A DNA stretch of 64,000 bases from an uncultured Verrucomicrobiae bacterium (GCA_963813025.1 CAWEXO010000004.1:96001-160000), one strand, 5' to 3'. Counted from the first letter of the stretch, positions 31,301 through 42,418 are shown. The notes: generated by a model from the sequence alone, not told the origin. Numbers and translations: made by a program.

Positions 31301-32656
31301 ATGAAGAAGCTTCTTACTGTACTATCTGTCTTCCTCAGTCTGGTTGGCGTACTACGGGCGTCAACCTCTGATCAAAATGCGTGGGAGACTGCCTACGACC
31401 AGTGGCTCTCTGTCCTGGCACCCTCCACTATGACAGCGGCGGCTCCTAGTATCCGGCAGTGGATGGCGCTTAACCCGATAGACAAATACGCTGCCGCTGA
31501 CGATTGGTGGTGGGCGTTACTTCAGAAATGGGGAGGGACATGGCCATTGTGTTACTACGTTGGAGGGATGAACAACCGTTTCCCCTACGATGATCTCTGG
31601 CGCGGGCCGTACCCTGGCAACAAGGTCGTTAATGTGGCTCCAGGGACTAACACACTTGACGCCGCTGTAGCTGCTCACCCCAATGGACATACTACCTACA
31701 TGCTATCCACTGGTGATTACTACACCGACGGAGGGCCAGGTGACGGAACCGGCACTGTTTATGGAGATTACAGTCAGGTCGTAGGTAAGGGCGCTGGAGT
31801 TACAAGGGTGCATGTGACCGGGGATAACATTGCTTTTAACGGCGGCACCTTTTGGAATTCAACTTTAGCGGAACACATATTGGTTGAAGGGGTGACTATA
31901 GATTGTGGCGTTACAGGAGCTGCTTTCGCCAGCCAGGGTAGCTACCAGGTTTTGCAGGCGTGCGTGATTAATAATTATGCATCTACTGCTGCCGGGTACG
32001 AGGATTTTCTCGTGTATATGGGATCGGGGGTTAACGCTGTCGGCCAGGTGTCCAAGCATAACCATGTTGTCAATTGTGTCTTTACTCCTGCGGCATCTGG
32101 CAACGTTGGTGGAATTACTGTAGTTCAATTCGGTGCTCCGACCACTGCTGGAACAATGATCTACTACATTGACCACAGTATCGACCGCTGCACCTTCAGC
32201 GAACCCACGGACCCGGCAACTGCGTACTATCAGTGCGTCGGACAGGCGAATTGGGCTGGTTACAATTACTTCATCGCGCCTCACTTTTCTACCGGCGCGT
32301 TCTGGTTCAGTGAGCCGGGTTCCTGGGGCAGTTTAGACTTCCAGAATGATCGGGGATCGACCTACACTCTGGCAGGCAATCATGTGACTCTTTCGCCGAA
32401 TTTCCAGCTTGCGGCGGATGCCAACCATCCCAACGGCGCATTGGGGACGTTCAGACTTCTCTGCAATATAGTTAGCAATGGAGAAACATTCCTTTTCGCG
32501 GCAGTTGATGCATACCCACCTAATCCCGCGATTGTTGGTATCAATTGCTCCTATAATTTCGTTTCCAGCAGCAACCCCACGATTGACTTGGCTGGTTCTT
32601 CTTCGGGAACGATAGGCTCAATAACTAACGTCGGGAACGTGCCCAACCAACCTTGA
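31301..32656 (+). CDS. Secreted pectin-lyase-like beta-helix protein
   Basis: Signal peptide MKKLLTVLSVFLSLVGVLRA; VVGKGAGVTRV, VEGVTIDC, VVNCVF, IDRCTF strand patterns. Confidence 0.65.
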   Translation: MKKLLTVLSVFLSLVGVLRASTSDQNAWETAYDQWLSVLAPSTMTAAAPSIRQWMALNPIDKYAAADDWWWALLQKWGGTWPLCYYVGGMNNRFPYDDLWRGPYPGNKVVNVAPGTNTLDAAVAAHPNGHTTYMLSTGDYYTDGGPGDGTGTVYGDYSQVVGKGAGVTRVHVTGDNIAFNGGTFWNSTLAEHILVEGVTIDCGVTGAAFASQGSYQVLQACVINNYASTAAGYEDFLVYMGSGVNAVGQVSKHNHVVNCVFTPAASGNVGGITVVQFGAPTTAGTMIYYIDHSIDRCTFSEPTDPATAYYQCVGQANWAGYNYFIAPHFSTGAFWFSEPGSWGSLDFQNDRGSTYTLAGNHVTLSPNFQLAADANHPNGALGTFRLLCNIVSNGETFLFAAVDAYPPNPAIVGINCSYNFVSSSNPTIDLAGSSSGTIGSITNVGNVPNQP

Positions 32657-32909
32657 GATCTCTATGCACGACACATGGCGAAATGCCGCGTCAAGCTGGC
32701 TTGCCGATAAGTTGGACCTAAAACCCGGTTCGAGCGCTGGGCGAGTCGCTGACGAGCGGCGTTGTTAGGTCAACGCTGCCTAATCGGTCGCGTTTGGCGA
32801 AACCACGCCGTGCAATCCTACCGTGCGGGCCATCACAACGCGCCCATGGTCATTCCTAGCGCCGGGAAACGGCATTCCTGGAAAGTTGACACCGTTCCCT
32901 TTGGAACAA

Positions 32910-33170
32910 ATGGGTGCCATCAAATTGTCCTTGGTTCAATTCTCCACCGGGGAATACCTTGTTACTTGCGACGGGCACGGCGTTTTGGGTTTTCTCGAAT
33001 TGGACCCCGACCTTGACCCTGCCAGCCCAAATGTTCTTGCCCGCATGATCATATCGCCATTGCGCGGCGCACAGCGCAGTATGCACTTGGTCGCACATGG
33101 CAAGAAGGACAAGGGTTTCGAGTCTCTGTGTCCAGCGGGCTCGTTGCACGTTTTTTTCAGAGATTCCTAG
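32910..33170 (+). CDS. Hypothetical protein
   Basis: ORF MGAIKLSLVQFSTGEYLVTCDGHG... Confidence 0.4.
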   Translation: MGAIKLSLVQFSTGEYLVTCDGHGVLGFLELDPDLDPASPNVLARMIISPLRGAQRSMHLVAHGKKDKGFESLCPAGSLHVFFRDS

Positions 33171-33581
33171 GCCTGCGGACCATCCAGATTCGCCCGTTCC
33201 CCGACATTTATGTCCCGGGCTGGTCCCTTAACCTGCTGCGGTTAAATCGTGCCGCGTAGAGTTGTGCGGCTTGACCGTCTGGTTGAAGGGCGGCCAGAAA
33301 GATTTCGGTACGTCAATCCGTAAACAGACGGCACACAAGGTGCGGGACAGTCTCCCTGTTGACGTGGCGACCATCATTTTCGAGGATTGGATTCCAGGAG
33401 GTGGGGCGCTTCCCTACATTTAGGCACTCTCGGGTGCCGTCCCCCGGATTTAGAGGGTCCTTTTCCTATTTTTCCAACTGCGAGTCGGTTGACTCTGGTT
33501 TTATTGTCGAGTGTGACAATGTGACGCTTTCTGGATTAACAACCCGATCACAAAGGCGGTTATCTGTAATTATCTAAGATA

Positions 33582-33806
33582 ATGAAACGGCAACTACTGA
33601 ATGAGTGTTTCCGATGTCAACACCTCAAACCGTTCTCTGCGTTTAATTCGGACAGGACCATTTGTCGGGATTGCCAGCATGAACTTCACCTTGAATATAA
33701 AGTCCGCTACGGTGTTAAGGAATTTAATGCGAGGGCTGCAGCTAATATGCGCAAATACAGATCTAACCTCCGAGCTAAGCGTGCAAAACTAATGGTAGCA
33801 GCATGA
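33582..33806 (+). CDS. Small C4 zinc-finger protein
   Basis: CFRCQHLKPFSAF...CRDC plus basic helix. Confidence 0.6.
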   Translation: MKRQLLNECFRCQHLKPFSAFNSDRTICRDCQHELHLEYKVRYGVKEFNARAAANMRKYRSNLRAKRAKLMVAA

Positions 33807-34012
33807 ATACCGAATCTGAAATCCTGAAACTAAAGCAATCGGTCCAGGAATTGCAGCGCAAGGTGCGGGCACTAGAAAAAGACCGAACACCAAAGACTTA
33901 CGCCGAGTCTACCTATCAGCTTCCTTTGCAACCTACCAGCATCGATCCTGTGCTTGAGGGGATAGTCAACGAACGTAAAAGGTGGCGCAGAGGTTATGTC
34001 AGCGGAACCTAA
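33803..34012 (+). CDS. Small coiled-coil hypothetical protein
   Basis: ATGA overlap with upstream ORF. Confidence 0.5.
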   Translation: MNTESEILKLKQSVQELQRKVRALEKDRTPKTYAESTYQLPLQPTSIDPVLEGIVNERKRWRRGYVSGT

Positions 34013-34169
34013 CCATAAAGACGTTCCTGCAGACTGCTTTGGTCCGGTTCCACCGAAAGAAGTCGATCCACTTGTCTACGGACCCCTGGAAAAGGACGAA
34101 GTTTTGCGGCAGCTTAGCATGTACTCCCGCAAGACGCGTAGGCGCTCGTGGGTTAGGGATTTTTGCTAG
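33996..34169 (+). CDS. 57-aa hypothetical protein (absent from ORF track)
   Basis: GAGG RBS; MSAEPNHKDVPADCFGPVPP...; fills the operon gap. Confidence 0.45.
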   Translation: MSAEPNHKDVPADCFGPVPPKEVDPLVYGPLEKDEVLRQLSMYSRKTRRRSWVRDFC

Positions 34170-34171
34170 CA

Positions 34172-34387
34172 ATGAACACCGACGATTTGCCAGAAGAATA
34201 TTATCTAACGGCGCTGGAAATAACCTTGGCTCGTGAAAACTACCTTGCTTGGATAAACGGTCTGCGTCAACGGCAGCTACAACACCAACTCCACGACGAA
34301 ATCAGGGCTGTAGCTCGCAGAATAGAGAATCACGAAATTCTTCAACTGGAAGCAGCAGTGGGCGAGGCTGTGTTGGCGGATATTTGA
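34172..34387 (+). CDS. Hypothetical protein
   Basis: Starts 2 nt after the upstream stop. Confidence 0.5.
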   Translation: MNTDDLPEEYYLTALEITLARENYLAWINGLRQRQLQHQLHDEIRAVARRIENHEILQLEAAVGEAVLADI

Positions 34388-35166
34388 TCCGGACTGAGGT
34401 CATGGCAGAAGAGGCTGTGTTTGCGAGGCGCCTGGCTTTTCGGCGTGCGTATTCCAAAGCATTACATTCCTTGCAAGCAGGCTGCAGTCCGTCCCAGCGC
34501 TGGGCGTCCCTACTGAAGTATGTTAATTCCTTATGGGTTTTGCACCTGCAGCATCTTTTTTCCTCTGCTCCGGAAATTTCATTGATTCTGTGCGGAATAC
34601 GGCACCACTTGTTGTCTAGGGAATATCGATTTCCCATCATTCTGGCGAGGAACAGAGTGCGGCCTTGGGCGCCAGAATGACGGGGAAGCAACATTTCCTA
34701 GGCCACAAGCATACCGAGAGGGCTCGCGCCGCAATAAGCGCCGGAATGACGGGAAAACAAAACGGACTGGGAAACCAAAGTGCCCTAGGATACAAGCACA
34801 CCGAAGAGCAGTGCGCAGCCCGGAGCGGTGAACTCCTACCCAGCGGCTGCCTCACCCCCGTCGGTACCATTAACCAATGGACCATTCTTCTTTCGCCCTA
34901 TTGTTGCAATCCAGTAGATCTCGCAGAAAAATGCGTAGTCTTCGTCATCAGTTTCTACGATTTTTTCCCGAATCGGCTCAAGACCTTCCTCCAGCAGCTT
35001 TCTTAGCTTGCGGTCGAGGCGTGAATTGTGTCCCGACCGATTGGCCTTAATCGTCTTCCAGTGTTGCCATATGCGGCCATCGCTGCCTTTGCCCACGTAA
35101 ATCGGATCGCCGTTTTTCGGACTGGATATGAGGTATACGTAGTACTTGCCACCAGCCTGGACACAT
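34302..35166 (-). pseudogene. GIY-YIG nuclease + NUMOD3-like repeats + C4 zinc finger, with an internal inversion
   Basis: KYYVYLISSPKNGDPIYVGKGSDGR...LVNGTDGGE and KRCCRCKTHK...CKEC on minus; HKHTERARAAIS/YKHTEEQ repeats on plus in 34646-34827. Confidence 0.85.
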
Positions 35167-35432
35167 TGGAATACCTACCTAGGACGCAACAGTTACTGGC
35201 GGCGCGCAGCAGGTTCCCGGTTCCGAGTAACGTTTCCCGCTGGGGTATGTATATCTTATTATGGCATTGTTAGTTACGAGAGAAATTTTGGGGCGAAAAT
35301 TGGGGATCGATCCGCGTAGAGCGGTCAAGAACTATTCGCCAGTGCACGAGCTGATCCTTGGGGACACTGAGAGAATCCCTTTGTATCTTGTTCCCACCAA
35401 AGATACGAAGAAGGCAACCGGAGCCCGCTAAT

Positions 35433-35810
35433 ATGCACTGCGAAGATAAATTCGTCTCAAACGGGTACGCCTATACACTTGTGTTTTCTGAACACACACC
35501 TATCCAAGTTGGATCTGTGGCGGTATATAGACTAAAAAACCAGTACAGCCCTTCCATTGCGGAAGAATTTGAAGTCATTATTTGTTGTGCTGGCCGAAGT
35601 TACCCATTGGCACATAACCACGCAATTTGGGCATTTAATGCAGATGAGAAACAGGTTGCTTTGGACTTCGCCAATCGTGTAATCGCCAATCCGCATCAGC
35701 AAAGGGCGAATGCGGCAGACTTCTTTTATTCCAGCATCAAGAAGAAGACTGCGCTGCTTCCGGAACTTGGCACAGCTGCATGGTCCAGCGTTCCGGCGGG
35801 GGAATATTAA
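35433..35810 (+). CDS. Hypothetical protein
   Basis: ORF MHCEDKFVSNGYAYTL... Confidence 0.5.
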   Translation: MHCEDKFVSNGYAYTLVFSEHTPIQVGSVAVYRLKNQYSPSIAEEFEVIICCAGRSYPLAHNHAIWAFNADEKQVALDFANRVIANPHQQRANAADFFYSSIKKKTALLPELGTAAWSSVPAGEY

Positions 35811-35814
35811 CCTA

Positions 35815-36093
35815 ATGGCTTCTACCCCACAAAGTGAACGGCTGGCAAGGATCTATGCCGAATGCACCGCGAAAGGGCTTCCGACAGCCGTAAAACAGGC
35901 AATACTTTCGGATTTGGCTGCCAATCCCGGAAAAGCATATTCAGTTACAAAGTGTGGTAACACATATAAGATCAGGCCAGAATACCCGAGTGGCCGTAAG
36001 CTTTCCAAGGCTGCAATAGCTAAGCTGTATGGGCGCAGTACTAAATCAGGATTTGCATGGGGAACAACCCACATAGAAATTGGAAAGAAATAA
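35815..36093 (+). CDS. Basic hypothetical protein
   Basis: ORF MASTPQSERLARIYAEC..., starts 4 nt after upstream stop. Confidence 0.5.
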   Translation: MASTPQSERLARIYAECTAKGLPTAVKQAILSDLAANPGKAYSVTKCGNTYKIRPEYPSGRKLSKAAIAKLYGRSTKSGFAWGTTHIEIGKK

Positions 36094-38078
36094 TCTTTTG
36101 TAGACTGCGCCCAGTGCCAGCGGGCAAATGCTGGCAAATGTTGGTGTTCACAGCTCCCCTTTCGGCTCTATTCCCCGAGAGGGGGGTATCCTAAATAAGA
36201 ATGAAACACTGTAATCTTTCAGCAACCAAGTGTTGCCAGCTAGTTTGCGCTTTGATTTTTTCTCGCGACTAGCTCCCCTTTTCTTTAGAAACTAAACATG
36301 ATGACCAGGATGCACAGACTAAGCGCAGCACAATGTAATGCTATTCTTTTTCGGATGGTCCCGGAAGTGCCAGTGTTGACAGCTTGCTAAGATTAGCTAT
36401 TCGGACACTACACGATCCGCAGACAGATACTCGCGCACTTAGGCCGGCGGATATTCGACGCAGAACAATGCAGTTGTCAGGCCGACTCAAACGAATCGTT
36501 AGGAACGGAATTTAAGTTATGGCAAATTCGAAAGTTCTCGATACTCAGATCCTCCTAACTGGGCACATCGATCCGTCCGTTGTCGCAGCCATGGCAAGGG
36601 GTGCTGAGTACATTCGGAAATTATCCCAGGAATGGAAAAAAAATGAACAAGCTATTTACGGTGATGCGGCTGCGGTCCAACAGTTAAATGCCAGAATTCG
36701 CATCACGCAATCCATGTCGCAACAGCTGGGCGCAAGCATGCGGCGGATCGGCGAGATCGCCAGCGGCGTCGCTGTCGGTGATCTACTCGCGTCTGGGTTC
36801 GAGAGAGCGCTGGGTGTTGCGGAAAGGATTGGAGAAAAGCTAATAGAATTTGGACGCCAAGCCAGTGAGCTGGCGGCCAAGCGTGAACTCATGAGTAAGG
36901 GCTTGGGAAACATTCTTGGCGATCAAGGATTAGCTAATGCCATTATGGAACGGCAACAAGCCACGGCCATTCTGTCGCCATTTCAGGCCACTGACCTTCA
37001 ACAGACCGTCAAGCGTTACGTTGCGGCCGGGGCTGATGCCAACATGGCCGAATGGCTGACCAAGCGCTCTGGCGACATCGTTGCGGGCGTTGGTGGTGGG
37101 GCTGAAGCAATGGAGAGGGCAGCACTGGCCTTTGGGAAAATTATAGCTGGGGGCCGTTTAACTGGCCAAGAGGGAAAGGAATTGAAGGACCTCGGAATTC
37201 CGTACGAGAAGACTCTTGCCCAAATCATGGGTGCGAAGAATCCAGAGGAATTGGCGAAAATGCAGCGCCAAGGGAAAATCAGCGCTGATGTGGTTATGCA
37301 GATGGTCAAGCAAATGACCGATGTCGGAGGAATATTCCACGACGGGATGCTAAATTTCTCTAAAACGATGGTCGGTCTGGAAACCAGCTTCTTGGACGTC
37401 TGGCATAAATTCCAGGCCAATTTTAATGAAGTAATCAATGACTGGGCCGCTGTCGCTGCTGATTTTGCCGTCAACAACGACATGTGGAATCAGGCTACTT
37501 CCTGGATGAACCATTTCAGACAAATGTCGAAGTCTGTGCTTTCGATCCTAACAACCCTGCCGACTTCAGAAAGTTTTGGCAAGTTCAAGCCATTTATTGA
37601 CGCATTTCAGGGGTCAATCCGTAGCTTTACCAAGTACGTCAGTTCGTTTTTTACGACCGTCGAAATTCCTAACCAAGGCAACGTGCTTGCGTTAAATGAA
37701 ACCGGAGTCGGTGCGGTCCGGGAGATTGTCAAAAACATAACGGACGTTTTGTCCGAGATGTCTAAGTTGGTCACTTCGCCAATGGTTCAGGATTTAGCCA
37801 AGGCTTCTTGGCAAGGGGTGAAGGACTTTTTTGTCGAAGCATTCACTACACTAAAAGCAATCACAGAACTTTATGCAGACTTTAAATCCCATGACATAAA
37901 AAAGTTCTGGGAAGATTGGGATAAATATTCCGGAAAGGTGCACGGACCTGAAGCGCCAGAGAATGAAGCGCGCCACCGTTTGAACAAGCGCAGAAAATCA
38001 GCGACGCGCAGGACAAGCTTAATGCGTTGGTAAATGCTAGCGCACCGGATGCGGACATCCAGAAGGCAAAACAGAACC

Positions 38079-39193
38079 TAGTGCATTGTAGCATTGACTT
38101 CTGATATGATGATCTGATAGCAAAAAGGAGTGTTAAAACGATTGGTTCTTTCTCCGCCAGAACGTCGACGACTTAGGCAGCGGGTCCGATCCCGTAGCGG
38201 GCGAGCAGAGGAGGTGCAGCGAGCCAAGATTGTCCTCTTGATTGCTAGCGGCAGATCGCAATGGGCGGTAAGTCGGCAACTGGGATGCAGCATCAACACC
38301 GTGCGACTTTGGCTGAAGCGCTTTATGGAGGAACGTTTGGCAGGTCTTTTCAGTCGTCATCGTGGCAAGGTAGCCAGCCAACAGAGCGCCAAGCTCGAAG
38401 CTCAGATTTTGGCCGCGGCCCGACATAAACCCACGGATGGCTCGACGCACTGGAGTACTCGGAAGTTGGCGGCCGAACTTGGCACCAACCATACCCGAGT
38501 CGCCCGTGTTCTGGCCAAAGCCGGACTGCAGCCGCACCGCCTGCGCCGCTACATGGCCAGCGACGACCCGGATTTTGAAACCAAGGCTGCTGATATCATT
38601 GGTTTGTATCTGAAGCCTCCGGTCAATGCCGCAGTTTTCTGCGTCGACGAAAAGAGCGCCATCCAAGCGCTGGACCGGCTCGATCCAGTGTTGCCGCTCT
38701 CGCCCGGAAGAGCCGAGCGGCACGGTTTTGAGTACTACCGTCACGGCACGCTTTCGCTCTACGCAGCGCTCAACACCAAAACCGGCCAGGTGCTGGGCCA
38801 AACTGTGCCTCGTCACACCAGTGCCGAGTTTGTTGCTTTTCTTGAACAGATCGTCGCCAGCTTTCCCGAGGGCCAGCAGATCCACATTATCGCAGATAAT
38901 CTCTCGGCACATCGCACCTCCAGAGTCTGGCAGTTTATCGATCGTCATCGCCACGTGCGGATCCATTTTACACCGACCTATTCTTCATGGCTTAACCAAG
39001 TCGAGATCTGGTTTTCCAAGATCCAACGCGACGTCATCGCCCGCGGAATCTTCCGTTCGGTCAAAGACTTGGCTAAAAAACTCATGACCTATATCCGACG
39101 CTATAACATGAAGGCCAAACCCTTTAAGTGGACCTACCGATCAGCAGAGCGTCGTATCAATCCCGTATCAGGTTTAAACGCTACGCCGCACTA
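38079..39193 (+). mobile_element. IS630-family insertion sequence
   Basis: Imperfect TIRs TAGTGCATTGTAGCATT / AACGCTACGCCGCACTA; inserted at CTAG with duplicated TA. Confidence 0.92.
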
Positions 39194-39194
39194 G
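38130..39194 (+). CDS. IS630 transposase (intact)
   Basis: HWSTRKLA HTH; DDE in VDEK, ADNLSAH, TPTYSSWLNQVE. Confidence 0.95.
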   Translation: MLKRLVLSPPERRRLRQRVRSRSGRAEEVQRAKIVLLIASGRSQWAVSRQLGCSINTVRLWLKRFMEERLAGLFSRHRGKVASQQSAKLEAQILAAARHKPTDGSTHWSTRKLAAELGTNHTRVARVLAKAGLQPHRLRRYMASDDPDFETKAADIIGLYLKPPVNAAVFCVDEKSAIQALDRLDPVLPLSPGRAERHGFEYYRHGTLSLYAALNTKTGQVLGQTVPRHTSAEFVAFLEQIVASFPEGQQIHIIADNLSAHRTSRVWQFIDRHRHVRIHFTPTYSSWLNQVEIWFSKIQRDVIARGIFRSVKDLAKKLMTYIRRYNMKAKPFKWTYRSAERRINPVSGLNATPH

Positions 39195-39779
39195 TCGATG
39201 CGGAACAACGGCAAAAGGAAATGGCTGATCAGCTAACCGACAGTATGGGCAAGCTGCGGGACGCCCTGCCTCAAGGTAACGGATATGTTCCCGGCCAAGG
39301 CTTGCAAGCGCATGGCAGTACAAGTGACTTCACAGTATACGGTCCGAAGATTGATCCGAAAGGGTCTGCGTTTTACGACAAGGATTCATTTAATGGAATC
39401 GGACATATTCAAGGAAAGCGATACAGTCTGCAGACCGGAGATTCGGCGATGAAATATGACTACGCTACCAGCCACTATCATATCAAGCCCGGGGAACGTT
39501 ACATCAGTGACAAGGACCATAAATGGCATACCTGGAAGGACACGACCGGCAGCAGGAACCCTGAGAATGAAGACATTTATAAGGGGGCGCAAATTAACGT
39601 GACAAACAATTTCGCTGTCCATGCCCTCGTCATCATGGGGTGGATTATGTTTTGAGAGCATGCTGAGAAAATAGCATCCACCGTGAAGAGAGTGTTCTCT
39701 GATCACATGATGACCAGTGCAGTGGTCTAAAGTGCGGAGATACGGCACTGCGTTTTTATTGTCTAACCCGCCGGCTTTA

Positions 39780-41202
39780 GAGATATTGTCAAAAGTTGTG
39801 TATCGGGGATGGGCGCATCCTTGTTGAAATTACTTTTTTGTCGTTAGGCAGCCTGTTGGGTTTGTTCTTCGCCATCGACGAATCGGACGCCCGTGACTAC
39901 TTTGGCGATCAGTTCGGGGCCGTTGAGCCGGCGCCAGTGTTTTTGGGCTTCCAGGCCGAGTTTAAAGACCATGGTCAGTGTCGCGATCCGTGAGCCGGAA
40001 CCCTTGGTTCGATGGGTGCGCAGCCGGACGGTAGCGAAGGTAGATTCGATGGGATTGGTGGTCCGTAAATGCGGCCAATGTTGGGCCGGAAAGTCATAGA
40101 AACTGAACAGGACTTCTTGATCTTTCTGCCAGGCACTCGCAGGCTTTGGAAATTTAGTCTGGTAACTGGAAATGAACTGATCGTAAGCTGCCAGAGCCGC
40201 TTTGCGGGTAGGTGCCAGGTACATTTCATGGATCAGTTCCTTGGCCTTGCCCTGAACACTCTTAGGCATTTTATCCAGGATATTGGCCGTTTTATGCACC
40301 CAGCACCGCTGCTGGGCGACTTGGCCATATTCTTCCTGCAGGGCGATCCAGAAGCCAAGCGAACCGTCGCCGATAGCCAGCTTCGGTGCGGTGGAAAGCC
40401 CCAGGCGTTTGAGCTGCCCAAGCAGTTCACGCCAGGATTGGGTGCTTTCGCGGTAGCCATCGACGACCGCTAAGAGTTCCTTGGTGCCATCCTCGGTAGC
40501 TCCAATCAGGACCAGCACACAGGTTCGTTCCTCATCGAGCCGGACATTGAAGTAGACGCCGTCGGCCCACCAGTAGACGTAACGCTTCTGGCTTAAGTCG
40601 CGCTGACTCCATGCCTTGTAGTCGGCTTCCCAACCGGCCTTAAGCCTTACGATATTGGTGGCCGATAGACCCGACTGGCTTTTTCGCCCAAAATCGCTGC
40701 CAAAGCTTCAGTGAAATCTCCGGTCGAGATGCCCTTTCAGATAGAGCGCCGGAATCAGTGCATCGACACTGGGTGTCCGACGCATAAACTTGGGCAGAAT
40801 CGCACTGGAAAAGCGACCCCTGTCACGATGCCGTACCCGCGGCTGACGAACCTTGATCGGACCAATTCCACTGACTATCTCCCGCTCTGGCAGATGCCCG
40901 TTGCGTACCACCAACCGCTGCCCATTCTCATCCCGTCGATCCTTGTGGAATTGGATGTAGTCGATCACCTCATTCTCGATCGCCGCCTGTAACAACTTGC
41001 GGGCTCCTTCCTGCAGCAATTGTTCCAAGGAACGGCTTCTCTTCATCTTCAGCTCGCTTATCGAGCGAGATCACTTTATTCTCTGGCACTGGTGCATCCT
41101 TTCTTCTGGCGCCCTCGGGTGAGGCCGCCGTCGTTTCTTTTTTGCTTACTGAAAGGATGCGCCTTTCCTTATCTCCTCATCCACAACATTCGGTTATACC
41201 TC
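39780..41202 (-). mobile_element. IS256-family element copy 1 (transposase frameshifted)
   Basis: 8-bp TSD CGGCTTTA at 39772-39779 and 41203-41210; GDGSLGFW, QRCWVHK, RTTNPIES. Confidence 0.93.
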
Positions 41203-41585
41203 CGGCTTTACCTTGCATCGGCAGACCCCGTTGTAACAGAGGGTCGATCAGCATGACCAACAGCGACGCATTTTTGCTGCAAAGAATAATCCCGACGGTG
41301 CGTAATTGAGGAAATTTGGTTCAAGCTTCGTTCACTTGCATAATAGCACCCGCAAGAATTGGCTAATTGCCCCACGGCGTTTCCTGTTGCGCTGGACGCG
41401 CTTTGTTCTCCGGAAGGTACCAACTACCACGAAACGGTCCTGAAAGCGTTAAATCCCGCCATTCGTGCAGAATGCGGCGCTCATATTTCATTAATGGTTC
41501 GCACCATTTCATTCAATGGGTGTGAATGAATTAATTAGATTAGCCTGGACCATTTCAGGCTCTGGCTGTTCCCGCTGGTAATTGA

Positions 41586-42418
41586 CTAGAGCCAGGCAGA
41601 AAGTACCCAAGTCCGCTTGCTGTGGGACCATATCCCCTTTGGCTGCTCAGGGGATATAACTGGCCCAAGGAACGTTTGGACTTCAGAGATGACTTCACGG
41701 AACGCTTTCGGAGCGTGGGGCAAGTCGGCTCTCTTTATAAAGGCGCTCCAGTCATTTTGATGTCGTTCTGCGAAGTCTTCAGAGAAAGCCGGAATTTCGT
41801 CCGGCACTGTTGTGCTAGCCACCAAATATCGAAGAAGTCCTTCATTCGGCTGTTTATCTCGCCCAAGTTGACAGCGGCCTGAAGTTTTTCGGCGATTACG
41901 CTTTCCCGGCTGTAGCACTTTATGCGAGGTGCCGGAAAATCCTCAAGCAAAGTGAGAAGCTCTTCAACCCGCGCTTTCGGATAAACGACATCACCGAACC
42001 CCGCATCCAACACCATTGGGAGCTGGGTAGTACCTAGCAAGCCGCGAAAACGAACCCTGAATCCAGGATATTCTGAATTTTCCGTGATGCGCTCCATACT
42101 CATTGAGGATGTCTCAAAAGTGACGCCATCTGGTTGTACTTCTAAAGCTGCAATCTCTTCAATCTGTTGAATCACATCTTCAGGTGTCCCATCGGCACCC
42201 AGAAAGTCGATATCTCCTGTAGGTCGAGCAATATCGGATTTCCAGACTCGAAGCAATAACGCGCCTTTCAGGATGAAGCTATCGACCCGCGCGGATTTAG
42301 ACAGCCGATAGAGAAAACGCTCCATGACATAATGCTGGGCAGTCTCGTTAAAGGCCCTCCCGCGTTTTTTGCTTAGATTAAGAAGCCTGTCGTGAACCGA
42401 TTTGCTTAGATTCTTCAA
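41586..42418 (-). pseudogene. AbiEii type IV TA nucleotidyltransferase toxin (frameshift with apparent internal deletion near 41810)
   Basis: ERFLYRLS, FILKGALL, RPTGDIDF, AEKLQA, NSRMKDFFDI. Confidence 0.85.

Larger units (their letters stand above)
36519..39730 (+). pseudogene. Tape-measure-like protein with C-terminal 3D-like domain, split by IS630
   Basis: SPFQATDL...GDIVAGVGG...AFGKIIAGGRLTGQEGKELKDLGIP...GKISAD tape-measure motif; reading frame restored when IS630 is removed. Confidence 0.8.

Noticed and set aside
34836..34838. TAG recoding in the island
   Set aside because: Single case at a Tyr/His-equivalent position; a nonsense mutation or read error is simpler, and other island ORFs end in TAG.
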